Shown here: piece after piece, positions 40,122 to 49,622 of the stretch
Layout: each line of letters starts with the position of its first letter
Numbering within the stretch: position 1 is the first letter of the stretch
NCBI GenBank assembly: GCA_019894975.1
Contig: JAGXNO010000018.1
Coordinates: forward strand, 1 to 63,578
Reading direction: 5' to 3'
Source: Promethearchaeota archaeon
GTDB lineage: Archaea > Asgardarchaeota > Lokiarchaeia > Sigyniarchaeales > SOKP01
Length of the DNA stretch: 63,578 nt
Notes under the pieces: model-generated
The model's database searches: none
Told to the model about the DNA's origin: nothing
The model's input: the letters and a program-made list of their open reading frames with translations, nothing else
Translations under genes and position numbers: made by a program

Positions 40122-41828
40122 TTACCTTTTTACCTCATAACCGGCTTTTTCTCGGTCATAAGTCGTTTCAGTTACCCCATGTTCTTTGAGGAATCGTTTC
40201 ATTATCCTGTGAACTTTGCTTTTAGGAAGTGCTTCTACAAAATCTATAAAACGAGGTATTTGGAAGTATGCGAGCTTGTCTTGAAGATAATCCAATAATT
40301 CTTCAGGTTCCATTGTTTGATTCGGTTGTAATACTACTGCTACCATAACCTCATCTTCCGCATAATCTTCACCTACTTGATGTCCTTTAATACCATATGC
40401 AGCAGACTCCAGTACTTTATCGTGTAGGTTAATTGCTCGTTCAATAGACCATGCTGCTATGTTTTCTCCTCTTCGACGGATTGAATCTTTCTTTCGATCT
40501 ACGAAGAAATACCATCCATTCTCATCTCTAGTCGCTAAATCTCCTGTGAGAAACCACATCCTCCCATCTGAGGCAGTTTGGATTCTAGATGCTGATGCTT
40601 CTGGATTTTTATAATAACTGACTTTTCTCTGTTCTTTTTCTTCTTCCTTTACTAAGAACACGAGCTCTCCGACGGTTTCCGTTCCTAAAATATTCAGATC
40701 GTCATCCATTATTTCTGCAATGGTACCTTCTGGGGTTTTTCCCATAGATCCTACAGGAGCATTTGGGTCACCTCCAGCACCTAAACTAAAACCACCACCA
40801 TCCACTGCACCATATCCTTCAAACAATTTTAGACCAAACCTCTCCTCAAAATCTCTTACCAACTCTTTTGGGGCAGCAGCGGAGCCTACAAACATTACTT
40901 TATGGTCTTTGTCATTCGGACGAGGTGGTTGTTTCATAAGATATTGTGGCATTGACCCTAAAGTGTTAAAGGTGGTAACCTCATATTTTCGTACTATATC
41001 CCAGTGTCGTGAAGCTGAAAATCGTTTAGATAGAACGACAGGAACTTCACCGTAATAACCAGGCATAGCGCATAATTGAAGCGCATTTCCATGAAATAAG
41101 GGTAAGCATGTAAATAGCTTGAAGCCAGGTTGTGCTATTCTACTAGCCCATAACATTACACCGATGAGACCAAATCCATACATACCTCTGTGAAAAAATG
41201 TAGTTGCTTTAGGGAGTCCAGTTGTTCCTGATGTATAGATTAGAGTAGCCATATCGTTTGGAACTATTTTAACTGTAGTATCTTCATCAGAAGCATCCAT
41301 AAATTTTTGAAAAGACAATATTCCATCGGGTAATGAAAAATCTTCAGGTGCTTCATTCATATCTACGATTATATGTTCAATTTTTGGAAGTTCATCCTTA
41401 ATCTTTAGACAATTATCTAATAATGACCAATGAGTTACTATTCCCTTACTATCACTGTGATCAATAATATACTGTAGGCCATCACCTTTCAATCCCGTAT
41501 TCACAAGTACTACATAAATTCCGATTTTCCAAGCACCAAATAATGCAAAAAGAAATTCGGGACTGTTGATTTGATAAAGAGAGATTCCATCTCCTCGTTT
41601 CAAACCTGCCTTCAGTAGAGCGTTGGCGACTCGGTTGGATTGTAGATGCATATCCCTATATGTATAGGTTTCATCGATGACTTTGTCAAAATCTCTAACA
41701 AATGTTAGGTAAACTTTATCACCGACTACTTCTGCTTTAGTTTTTACTAAATCAGCAAAAGTGGTTGTGGGAGTAATTTTATTCTTTTCTTGTATATTTT
41801 TTCTTAATGTTTCAAATGAATTAGACAT
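40122..41828 (-). CDS. CaiC-like acyl-CoA ligase 3
   Basis: Same motifs as ligase 2; close paralog. Confidence 0.9.
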   Translation of the reverse strand: MSNSFETLRKNIQEKNKITPTTTFADLVKTKAEVVGDKVYLTFVRDFDKVIDETYTYRDMHLQSNRVANALLKAGLKRGDGISLYQINSPEFLFALFGAWKIGIYVVLVNTGLKGDGLQYIIDHSDSKGIVTHWSLLDNCLKIKDELPKIEHIIVDMNEAPEDFSLPDGILSFQKFMDASDEDTTVKIVPNDMATLIYTSGTTGLPKATTFFHRGMYGFGLIGVMLWASRIAQPGFKLFTCLPLFHGNALQLCAMPGYYGEVPVVLSKRFSASRHWDIVRKYEVTTFNTLGSMPQYLMKQPPRPNDKDHKVMFVGSAAAPKELVRDFEERFGLKLFEGYGAVDGGGFSLGAGGDPNAPVGSMGKTPEGTIAEIMDDDLNILGTETVGELVFLVKEEEKEQRKVSYYKNPEASASRIQTASDGRMWFLTGDLATRDENGWYFFVDRKKDSIRRRGENIAAWSIERAINLHDKVLESAAYGIKGHQVGEDYAEDEVMVAVVLQPNQTMEPEELLDYLQDKLAYFQIPRFIDFVEALPKSKVHRIMKRFLKEHGVTETTYDREKAGYEVKR

Positions 41829-42005
41829 AAAATTTTCAAAATTTAGTTGTAATTTAATGTTTTAGAATGGTAGAAAATATAATAAATTGTTGATTTCAAT
41901 TGTCTATTCTACATCCATATAGACAAATTAACCAGTACCTATTTCTCCATAATAGAAAACACTTATTCCCTTTTTCTTCGTGATTAGAACTATTGGGATC
42001 TGTAA

Positions 42006-42455
42006 TTATTTTTTAGGTGGTACATTATCCAAGAGTTCAGTAACATACCCAAACAGTTCTCTTGTATCATAATACACAAAACTGTTTGTCGGAAGAGCTC
42101 CACTAATGAGTCGTTTTATTCCCATTGAATCCCACTTCTTAAGCTCTTCATCAATATCTTCAACCAAAATTCCAATGTGATGAATTCCTCCTTCAGGATT
42201 AGTCTCTAAAAACTCAGAATAAATTGAGTTATCATCTAATGGTTGAAATAGTTCTATCATGGTATCACCAAATCTAGCAAATCCTACTTTAATTCTTAAA
42301 GGTTCTGTGAGCTCTTTAATAAAAGTGTTAACCTCTACATTCGCATCTACAGTATTTATTTCTGGCATTCCATACAATGCTTTAAGTTTTTCTACTATTT
42401 TTGAAAAATCTTTATATATAACTCCCACATGATGTATTCCTTTAATCATAGGCAA
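42006..42455 (-). CDS. VOC/glyoxalase family protein (methylmalonyl-CoA epimerase-like)
   Basis: HHVG, IELFQP, FL...GGIHHIG and TEL motifs. Confidence 0.85.
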   Translation of the reverse strand: MPMIKGIHHVGVIYKDFSKIVEKLKALYGMPEINTVDANVEVNTFIKELTEPLRIKVGFARFGDTMIELFQPLDDNSIYSEFLETNPEGGIHHIGILVEDIDEELKKWDSMGIKRLISGALPTNSFVYYDTRELFGYVTELLDNVPPKK

Positions 42456-42605
42456 TCAATATTTTAACTATTATTTCAGAAATTGAGTTGTTTTTTTCAT
42501 TCCTGTTATATTCAAGAATAGTATAAAGTTTAAAATATTGGTGATTTAATATTTTATAACAAGAAATATGTCTAAGAGCAATTTTATAAGGAGAATAAAT
42601 GAATT

Positions 42606-43649
42606 ATGCCATGGGAAGATGTAAAAGATATTTTACGCCCAAATATGGATGATGTTCATATGGGTGTTATGAAAGTAGATGAGGAAAAGTGTAACAAATG
42701 TGAATTATGTATGCAAAACTGCCCATTCCGCTGTTGGGAGAAGAATGAAGAAGGATTCCCTGTTTTAAAAGAAAAATATGAATGTTTTAGTTGCTATAAC
42801 TGTAAAATCGCATGTCCTAATGATGCTATATCAATAGTTGATTCGTACCACGTAGATGCGGGATTTTTTAAAACTGAACCGCATCCTTTACCCCCTGTAA
42901 TGCCCCTTGAGCCAAAAGATGCCGAAGGAAATCCTACAGACTGGAACGAAATTGAGAAAGCTGTTCTTACTCGACGAAGTGTAAGAAATTTTAAAGATAA
43001 ACCTGTCCCAGAACCATTGATTCAAAGAATTTTAGAAGCAGGTAGATTTGCTCCAAGTGGGGGAAATTGTCAACCCTGGAAATTTGTAGTAATAACCAAT
43101 AAAGAAATAATAGATGAAATTGATAAAGTAGCAATCAATGTACTGAAAGGTATGCATAACGCCTATCTTAATGATAAATCTGTAAAAGCACTAGAAAGTG
43201 TAATAAAAGGAAGTGTAGGGAGTGCCGATCCGAGGATTATTCTTGGAGGGATGGGAGCAATAGGTAAAGAAGGAGGATTGACTCCAAGTCTGAATGCGCC
43301 TGCGATAATATTGTTACTTGGTGATGAAAGAGCAATTAGTGCTCCTCAAATAAGTATTGGAATATGTGGTCAAAATATGAATCTAGTTGCGAATTCTTTA
43401 GGTATAAAAGCTTGCTGGTCAGGTTTTTTTGGTTTAGGAGCTAGTTATCACCCAACTTTAAAGAAAAAACTGGGAATTGAATCTCCCTGGATTTGTGTTA
43501 CCGCCTTGTGCTTAGGTTACCCCAAGTTTAAACAGGAAGGAATGGTACCTCGTGAACTTAGGCCTGTAAAATGGTTTAGAGAAGATAAGGACAAATCTGG
43601 AGTTCCAGAAAAGACAGCTGTATCTCAGACAGAGAAGCAAGAAGCATAA
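42606..43649 (+). CDS. Ferredoxin-nitroreductase fusion protein
   Basis: Two CxxCxxCxxxCP motifs, then RRSVRNF, APSGGNCQPW and LGYP. Confidence 0.92.
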   Translation: MPWEDVKDILRPNMDDVHMGVMKVDEEKCNKCELCMQNCPFRCWEKNEEGFPVLKEKYECFSCYNCKIACPNDAISIVDSYHVDAGFFKTEPHPLPPVMPLEPKDAEGNPTDWNEIEKAVLTRRSVRNFKDKPVPEPLIQRILEAGRFAPSGGNCQPWKFVVITNKEIIDEIDKVAINVLKGMHNAYLNDKSVKALESVIKGSVGSADPRIILGGMGAIGKEGGLTPSLNAPAIILLLGDERAISAPQISIGICGQNMNLVANSLGIKACWSGFFGLGASYHPTLKKKLGIESPWICVTALCLGYPKFKQEGMVPRELRPVKWFREDKDKSGVPEKTAVSQTEKQEA

Positions 43650-43846
43650 AATATTTATTCATTTTTCTTATTTTTTGATTAAATCCCCTTTTGTTAGGAT
43701 AAAAACAGTATTAAATATGTTACTTTTTTTGTGGCCCTATAACTTTTATAATAGTTCGAAGTCTCCTAAAAGTTTATAGAATAAAACTATATATGGAATA
43801 CGACCTACATTAAAATTAATAAACAACAAAAAAAGTGAAAAATGAG

Positions 43847-44035
43847 ATGGAAGAAAAAGCAAGGTCGGACATGAAATATTATGAATTTTTGTACACCATT
43901 CAAACAATTTCCCAAAATTCACAATCTATTCAGAAAAATACCATGATTCAAGTTTTCGAGAATTATGATGCTAGTCGATTTATAAATAAGTTAGATAGTC
44001 AAATTGAGCAACTTGATGGATTACTTTCTATATAA
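43847..44035 (+). CDS. Small hypothetical protein
   Basis: 62-aa ORF with GTGA upstream, filling an intergenic gap. No family recognised. Confidence 0.45.
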   Translation: MEEKARSDMKYYEFLYTIQTISQNSQSIQKNTMIQVFENYDASRFINKLDSQIEQLDGLLSI

Positions 44036-44079
44036 AAATCATATTAAATAAAAATTAAAAAAAAGAGGTGGACGTAAAA

Positions 44080-44130
44080 ATGTTTGCTTTAATGTATTAC
44101 ATCTTACTTGTCATCGCCGCAATATTTTGA
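44080..44130 (+). CDS. Putative 16-aa hydrophobic micropeptide MFALMYYILLVIAAIF
   Basis: GAGGTG SD at 44065-44070, ATG 44080, TGA 44128-44130, short hairpins downstream. Confidence 0.3.
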   Translation: MFALMYYILLVIAAIF

Positions 44131-44198
44131 GAGTATTGAGGGAAAACTCCTAGTAGTTAAAACTACTGTGAGATTATTATTTTCTTTTTTTTTATTTT

Positions 44199-45428
44199 CT
44201 AAGACATAGATTCTAATAACAATTCTACTAGATCCACCATTTTCATACGTGAACCAGATGAATCTATCGCGTCTTTTAGGTTCCTCCAACAGAATGGACA
44301 AGTACTTACCAAATACTCAGCACCTGTTTCTTCCGCTTCTTTAAGTCTGTTTTCAGCCATCTCCATGGATAATTCTGGGAATCCCTTTCTTACACCAGCT
44401 CCAGCACCACAACACATTGCACCAGCTCTATTAGTTTTCATCTCAGTTAAGTTAGAAATTCTCTTTAATACGTCTCGCGGTTCTTCATATAAACCCATAT
44501 GACGTCCGATATGGCAGGGATCATGGTATGTGGTTTTAATATCTAACTTCTTTAGATTTACATCTCTTTCCGCAATTATGTTCTTCAAAAATTCAATTGA
44601 ATGGAGTATTTCAATTTCATTTAACTTGTCTCCATAATCTTTCTTAAAAGTTCTATAACATCCTGCACAACTTGTAACAATCTTTTTTATTCCTCTGTCT
44701 GTAAAAAACTTAACGTTTTCTTCTAAGATTTTTTCAAAAGATCTCCTATCTCCGGTTCGTATGGCAACACTACCGCAACATACTTCTTTTTCTCCAAAAA
44801 CCGAAAAGTCAATTCCTAATTTATTAAATATTTTTGCGGTGGCAATCGCAACACGTTGGATCTGAGGTGTTAATGCTGATGTACATCCGACAAAATAAAG
44901 GGTTTCAGCATCATCTTTGCTAGCATCTTTAATTTTAAAATCTAATTCTTCAGTCCAATTAATTTTTTCTTTATTATCCCGCTCATAAGGATTTAATAAG
45001 TCCACCATCGCTTTATTCATAGGAACGTGAGATTCAATTGCAAATCCCGCTTCAACTAAATCAGCTCTCAGAGCTTCATATACATTAACGTGATCCATAA
45101 TATTATGCAAAGGAAAATCAAAATTTTCACTCTGAGAATTAAAACAAACTTCTTCACAGAGACCGCAGAGGGTACACTGAAAAATGACATCACTGATATC
45201 TTGACTTAATGGTAAATGTCCCCAGAGAAGTCCCTTCATTATTACATTTTTACCTCGAGCAATAAAAGGTTCAAATTTTGGTACCGACTCTGTTCTATAT
45301 ACGGGGCAACTGTCAAATATTCCTTTTGAAGGCCAATTGGCAGTTCTACATTGCCCACATTGAGCACATGCTAAAGCAGCATCTTCTAATTTCTTTAGAT
45401 TTTTTAACGGTTCTTTTATCTCTATCAT
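44199..45428 (-). CDS. Fe-S oxidoreductase with two CCG domains (HdrD/GlcF/GlpC-like) 1
   Basis: CAQCGQC and CTLCGLC..VC; two CCG domains (GC..CCG..CAGC; DPCH..CCG..CPFC). Start set at ATG 45428 after GGTGATAATC. Confidence 0.9.
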   Translation of the reverse strand: MIEIKEPLKNLKKLEDAALACAQCGQCRTANWPSKGIFDSCPVYRTESVPKFEPFIARGKNVIMKGLLWGHLPLSQDISDVIFQCTLCGLCEEVCFNSQSENFDFPLHNIMDHVNVYEALRADLVEAGFAIESHVPMNKAMVDLLNPYERDNKEKINWTEELDFKIKDASKDDAETLYFVGCTSALTPQIQRVAIATAKIFNKLGIDFSVFGEKEVCCGSVAIRTGDRRSFEKILEENVKFFTDRGIKKIVTSCAGCYRTFKKDYGDKLNEIEILHSIEFLKNIIAERDVNLKKLDIKTTYHDPCHIGRHMGLYEEPRDVLKRISNLTEMKTNRAGAMCCGAGAGVRKGFPELSMEMAENRLKEAEETGAEYLVSTCPFCWRNLKDAIDSSGSRMKMVDLVELLLESMS

Positions 45429-45440
45429 GATTATCACCTT

Positions 45441-46949
45441 TTAATAATTCTCAGTTAAATAGAATTTTCCTGGACTCAATATCCTATTAGGGTCGAGAGC
45501 CTTCTTTATGGTGATCATAAAATTGTAATATTCTTCTGTTAAAGCCCCAGAATCAACTAAAGCTCTTCCAATAATTTCACCCATCCAGTAGTGTACTCCA
45601 CCTAATTCTTTTATCTGAGTTATTATGAGATCTTTCCACAGTTCTTCCTGTGTTTCTCTGTGCTCTATAGTACTTATTACACCACCCCCACCTGCAACAT
45701 CAATGTAAGATGGATAGACGCCAAATGCGATATAACCTGCGCTACCACCAGGGCCAATTTCAGTCATTTTAGCAAAATTTCTTTTTGTCCAGTCATCATA
45801 TAATTTATGATATGCTGGTAAGAGATTGGTAGGAGATTTTAAGCACGTACTCATAGTGAATATGTAACCGCCACCCCAACTATTATTAGACCATTGCCAT
45901 TTTCCATCCTCTTCATAGAACCATTTCCCGACGTTCCCTTCCTCTACGGTATCCCCCAATCTTTCGAATTCAGCTTCTTCAGCAAATTTCTCGATTCTTT
46001 CTATATTATAATCTAATTGTCTTTGAGTATCGGCTACAGTAGTATAATATAAAACACCCCCTCTCACTTTCTTATTTACTAAACCCTTTGCGATATTTCT
46101 TGAGGTTAACCCACTCACAGTAGCGGGAGTATAATAAAAGAAATCGTGCAATTGTAATCTATGGTGTTGCCATTTCATCATTAAATCTGTCACACGCTCT
46201 ACGGGAGTTTGTTCTTTGGTTTTTTTAATTACATAAGTTGCATATCCCCTATATTCGGGAAGAGGAAATATATTTAATGAGGCTTTAGTTTTTACTCCAT
46301 GAATTCCTACATCACCTAAAAAGATACCTGAATAATCGGCCCCTAATCCAAATCTAGTAAAGGGTTTGTCTCGAAAAGAATTAGCCTTCGAACCAGTATA
46401 AATAATCTCTCCTGTAGGTAAAACGACTTCTAATCCTACACATTGTTCTGTTGCCGCTCCGTACATAGCAGCACCCCCTCCACCAACCGTGTTATTAGAT
46501 AAGCCGCCACCAATTGTTGCAGAAAATCCAGAAGCAGGACCAGTTGTTCCAGTATAATACCCAATTCCTACATTACTTAATTGTTCGCATATTTCACTCC
46601 AAGAAATTCCAACCTCAACAGTAACAATCCGATTTTTCTCATCAACATCTAGGATCTTATTCATACGTGTTACATCAAGAACAATTCCTCCATCTCCTAT
46701 CGGTTTTGCACCTCCAGTTAAATCTGCCCCATTTCCTCGGGGTATAACTTTAGTACCATATTTATTAGCCACTTTCAAAATTCCAGATATTTCCTCAGGC
46801 GTTCTTGGTTTCACAACAATATCTGGAATACCTTGTAGAGTAAAATCACAATTCATAGAATATGAATAACAAATTGGTTCTTTATCAGAAACAAATTTGG
46901 TTCCAACAATATTTTCTATTTCTTCGTATGCATTTTGAATTTCATTCAT
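45441..46949 (-). CDS. VAO/PCMH-type FAD-binding oxidoreductase (GlcD-like fold) 1
   Basis: PRGNGADLTGG, ATIGGG, GLEVVLPTGE and KKALDPNRILSPGK; HYWMG motif. Confidence 0.88.
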   Translation of the reverse strand: MNEIQNAYEEIENIVGTKFVSDKEPICYSYSMNCDFTLQGIPDIVVKPRTPEEISGILKVANKYGTKVIPRGNGADLTGGAKPIGDGGIVLDVTRMNKILDVDEKNRIVTVEVGISWSEICEQLSNVGIGYYTGTTGPASGFSATIGGGLSNNTVGGGGAAMYGAATEQCVGLEVVLPTGEIIYTGSKANSFRDKPFTRFGLGADYSGIFLGDVGIHGVKTKASLNIFPLPEYRGYATYVIKKTKEQTPVERVTDLMMKWQHHRLQLHDFFYYTPATVSGLTSRNIAKGLVNKKVRGGVLYYTTVADTQRQLDYNIERIEKFAEEAEFERLGDTVEEGNVGKWFYEEDGKWQWSNNSWGGGYIFTMSTCLKSPTNLLPAYHKLYDDWTKRNFAKMTEIGPGGSAGYIAFGVYPSYIDVAGGGGVISTIEHRETQEELWKDLIITQIKELGGVHYWMGEIIGRALVDSGALTEEYYNFMITIKKALDPNRILSPGKFYLTENY

Positions 46950-47148
46950 GATTTATCAATTGATTTTCTAATTTTATATACTTAATTTTAAAACTTGAAT
47001 AATATCAAATGAAGCAAACTGAGTATAAAAAATTTTCTCGAAAGGGAAATAGTCTTGGAAGCTTAGATTAAAGATAAAAATTTAAAAATAATCTCAATCA
47101 ACTATAATTAAATCCTAAAAAATAAAAGATACAAAAAGAGTGGTAAAA

Positions 47149-47580
47149 ATGGTTGATGTAAACTTAGCCTTAGAAGTTAAAGAAATGACAGAAAAAGGTA
47201 CCATGAAAGATGATCCTAAGAATATCCTTAAACTTATGGAGCTCATGAAACAAGTTTCCGGTGAAGATGAAGATTTAAAAGAAGAGCTAGAGGATATGGA
47301 TACAATTACTGGTCAAATGGTCGTTACTGATAAAGATTTCAAGTATTGGTTTAGTGCTGGAGATGGAGCTTTCGATTATGCCGAAGGAGAAAATGATGAT
47401 CCCTCTTTCACCATGAAAGCTAATTGGGAAACAATGGCGGGTATGATGTCAGGTGAAGTTGATGGTACTGCCGCATACATGTCTGGTGACTTGGTCATCG
47501 AAGGTAATCTCCAAGATGTAATGACATATACAGAAGTTATGCGATTAGCTGTTGAAGCTATGCAGAAACTTGGTCAATAA
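47149..47580 (+). CDS. SCP2 sterol/lipid-binding domain protein 1
   Basis: GE.DDPSFTM..., SGEVDGTAAYMSGDLVIEGN (SCP2 signature). Start set at ATG 47149. Confidence 0.88.
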   Translation: MVDVNLALEVKEMTEKGTMKDDPKNILKLMELMKQVSGEDEDLKEELEDMDTITGQMVVTDKDFKYWFSAGDGAFDYAEGENDDPSFTMKANWETMAGMMSGEVDGTAAYMSGDLVIEGNLQDVMTYTEVMRLAVEAMQKLGQ

Positions 47581-47655
47581 TAGTCAGACAATTATTCGGG
47601 CTTTAAAATATTTTTAATATCTTTTTTTTTGCTATTTTTTAAATTAATAACGATT

Positions 47656-47672
47656 ATCAATAATATTGCATT
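47656..47672 (+). promoter_or_regulatory. Conserved 17-bp upstream element ATCA(A/T)TAATATTGCATT, copy before SCP2-2
   Basis: 16/17 identical to 48195-48211 upstream of thiolase B. Confidence 0.5.
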
Positions 47673-47723
47673 TTAATCTACAATATTTAACAAAAATGGT
47701 TCAAATATATGAGTTGAAGGAAA

Positions 47724-48146
47724 ATGGTTGACATGAAATTAGCAAAGGAAGTAAGAAAAATGCAGGAAAAAAGTAAATTGAAAGAAGATCCAAACAATTT
47801 TCTTAAATTGTTGGAACTCACTAAACAGATTTCGATGGAAGATGAGGATCTCAAGGAAGCATTAGAAATAGAGAAAATAGTTGGACAGGTAACCATTACT
47901 GATAGAAACTCTTCTTTATGGTTCAGTGCTGGTGACGGTACTTTTGACTATGGGGAAGGTGAAACAGATGATCCTAGCTATGTAATGAAAGCTACTTGGG
48001 AAATTTTGGGAAGAATATTGAGTGGGGAGAGTGATGGTGTTGAAGAATACATGTCTGGAGCTCTGATTATTGAAGGAAACATCGATGAAGCAACCAGATA
48101 TGGAGAAGTTACACGTGCAACTATAGAAGCTATGCAAAGACTATAA
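47724..48146 (+). CDS. SCP2 sterol/lipid-binding domain protein 2
   Basis: Tandem paralog: SGESDGVEEYMSGALIIEGN. Confidence 0.88.
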   Translation: MVDMKLAKEVRKMQEKSKLKEDPNNFLKLLELTKQISMEDEDLKEALEIEKIVGQVTITDRNSSLWFSAGDGTFDYGEGETDDPSYVMKATWEILGRILSGESDGVEEYMSGALIIEGNIDEATRYGEVTRATIEAMQRL

Positions 48147-48194
48147 TTCTTTTTTTTAACATCTTTTTATTTAAAAACGAAACTGATAATTAAA

Positions 48195-48211
48195 ATCATT
48201 AATATTGCATT
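48195..48211 (+). promoter_or_regulatory. Conserved 17-bp upstream element, copy before thiolase B
   Basis: ATCATTAATATTGCATT; matches 47656-47672. Confidence 0.5.
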
Positions 48212-48238
48212 ACTATCTTTTATTTAATAGTAGATAAG

Positions 48239-49492
48239 GTGATAATCATAAGCGATAAAGTTTATGTGTATAGTGTTGGAATGACTAAATTTGGCAAATT
48301 TCTTGATAAAGGCATTAAAGATTTAACAAGGGAAGCGCTTAAATCAGTCCAAGAGGATAATGAATTTGATTTAAATAATATCGAAGCTGCCTGGTTTTCT
48401 AATACAGGTTGGGGAATGACCGATTTTCAGCATAGTATACGTGGTCAAGTAGCACTTACACCGAATGGTGTTGATAAAGTGCCTATAACAAATGTTGAAA
48501 ATGCATGCGCTAGTGGGAGTACTGCATTTAATGGGGCATGGACTGCGATAAAAGCTGGAGTATTTGACTGTGCTTTAGCTATAGGTACTGAAAAAGTATA
48601 TCAAGAAGATCGGGCTAAAATGATGGATGGTTTTATAACCTATACAGATGTCGAACAAACGAGGGCTCTAATGGCACAAATGCAAAAAGCGGCTAAGGAA
48701 AGAGCAGAAAAAGCAGCAAGTCAAAACGGTGGTGAAAAGAAGGGAAAGAAAGGAGGTCATTCGGTCTTCATGGATTTCTATGCAGCAGGAGCACGTGGTC
48801 ATATGAAAGAATATGGAACGACACAACGACACCTTGCAGAAATCGCAGCAAAGAACCATAATAATTCTACAATGAATCCACTTGCTCAATATACTTTTCC
48901 TATGACTGTGGATCAGGTTATGGAAGATTATGAAGTTGCTTATCCATTAACTAGGGCAATGTGCGCCCCAGTTGGAGATGGATCTGCTGCTGCGGTACTT
49001 TGTTCTGAAAAATTCTTAAAAGAACACCCTAATGACAAAGCAATCTTAGTAAGAGCCTCTATTCTACGATCTGGCTCCTGGAAAAAGGATAACGTTTCCC
49101 AACGATCTTCTACAGCTGCTTATAAAATGGCGGGACTCAGTCCAAAAGATATAAATGTAGCTGAAGTTCATGATGCTACAGCTTATGGAGAACTTGAACA
49201 GATTGAACAGATGGGTTTTTGTGGATTAGGACAAGGAGGAGTTTTAACAGAGAGCGGGGAAACCCAGATTGGAGGTAAAATCGCTGTGAACCCAAGTGGG
49301 GGATTATTATCTCGAGGACACCCTCTAGGGGCATCTGGTTTAGCACAAATCTATGAACTTGTAACTCAATTACGGGGAGACGCTGGAAAAAGACAAGTTG
49401 ATAAGCATCAATATGCTCTAGCTGAAAATGGTGGTGGAACCATAGGTTCTGGGCCAGCTGCTATGTGTGTACATATATTAGAAGCGATTTAG
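48239..49492 (+). CDS. SCPx-type thiolase (thiolase B)
   Basis: ENACASG, EVHDA, NPSGG..GHPLGASG and ENGGG. True start may be ATA 48248. Confidence 0.9.
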   Translation: MIIISDKVYVYSVGMTKFGKFLDKGIKDLTREALKSVQEDNEFDLNNIEAAWFSNTGWGMTDFQHSIRGQVALTPNGVDKVPITNVENACASGSTAFNGAWTAIKAGVFDCALAIGTEKVYQEDRAKMMDGFITYTDVEQTRALMAQMQKAAKERAEKAASQNGGEKKGKKGGHSVFMDFYAAGARGHMKEYGTTQRHLAEIAAKNHNNSTMNPLAQYTFPMTVDQVMEDYEVAYPLTRAMCAPVGDGSAAAVLCSEKFLKEHPNDKAILVRASILRSGSWKKDNVSQRSSTAAYKMAGLSPKDINVAEVHDATAYGELEQIEQMGFCGLGQGGVLTESGETQIGGKIAVNPSGGLLSRGHPLGASGLAQIYELVTQLRGDAGKRQVDKHQYALAENGGGTIGSGPAAMCVHILEAI

Positions 49493-49622
49493 TTTTTTTA
49501 AATATATCTTTTTTTATTCCTAAATTTTATTTTTTAGTCTATATTACAAAATTTAACTATAATAGAGTTGATTAGACTCAGTAATTAGTTTGAATGGGGA
49601 TAGTTTTTATTCTGTGAATATT

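Noticed and set aside
44125-44175. Hairpins after TGA as a SECIS element
   Set aside because: No convincing AUGA/GA core or long stem, and no selenoprotein candidate adjacent.
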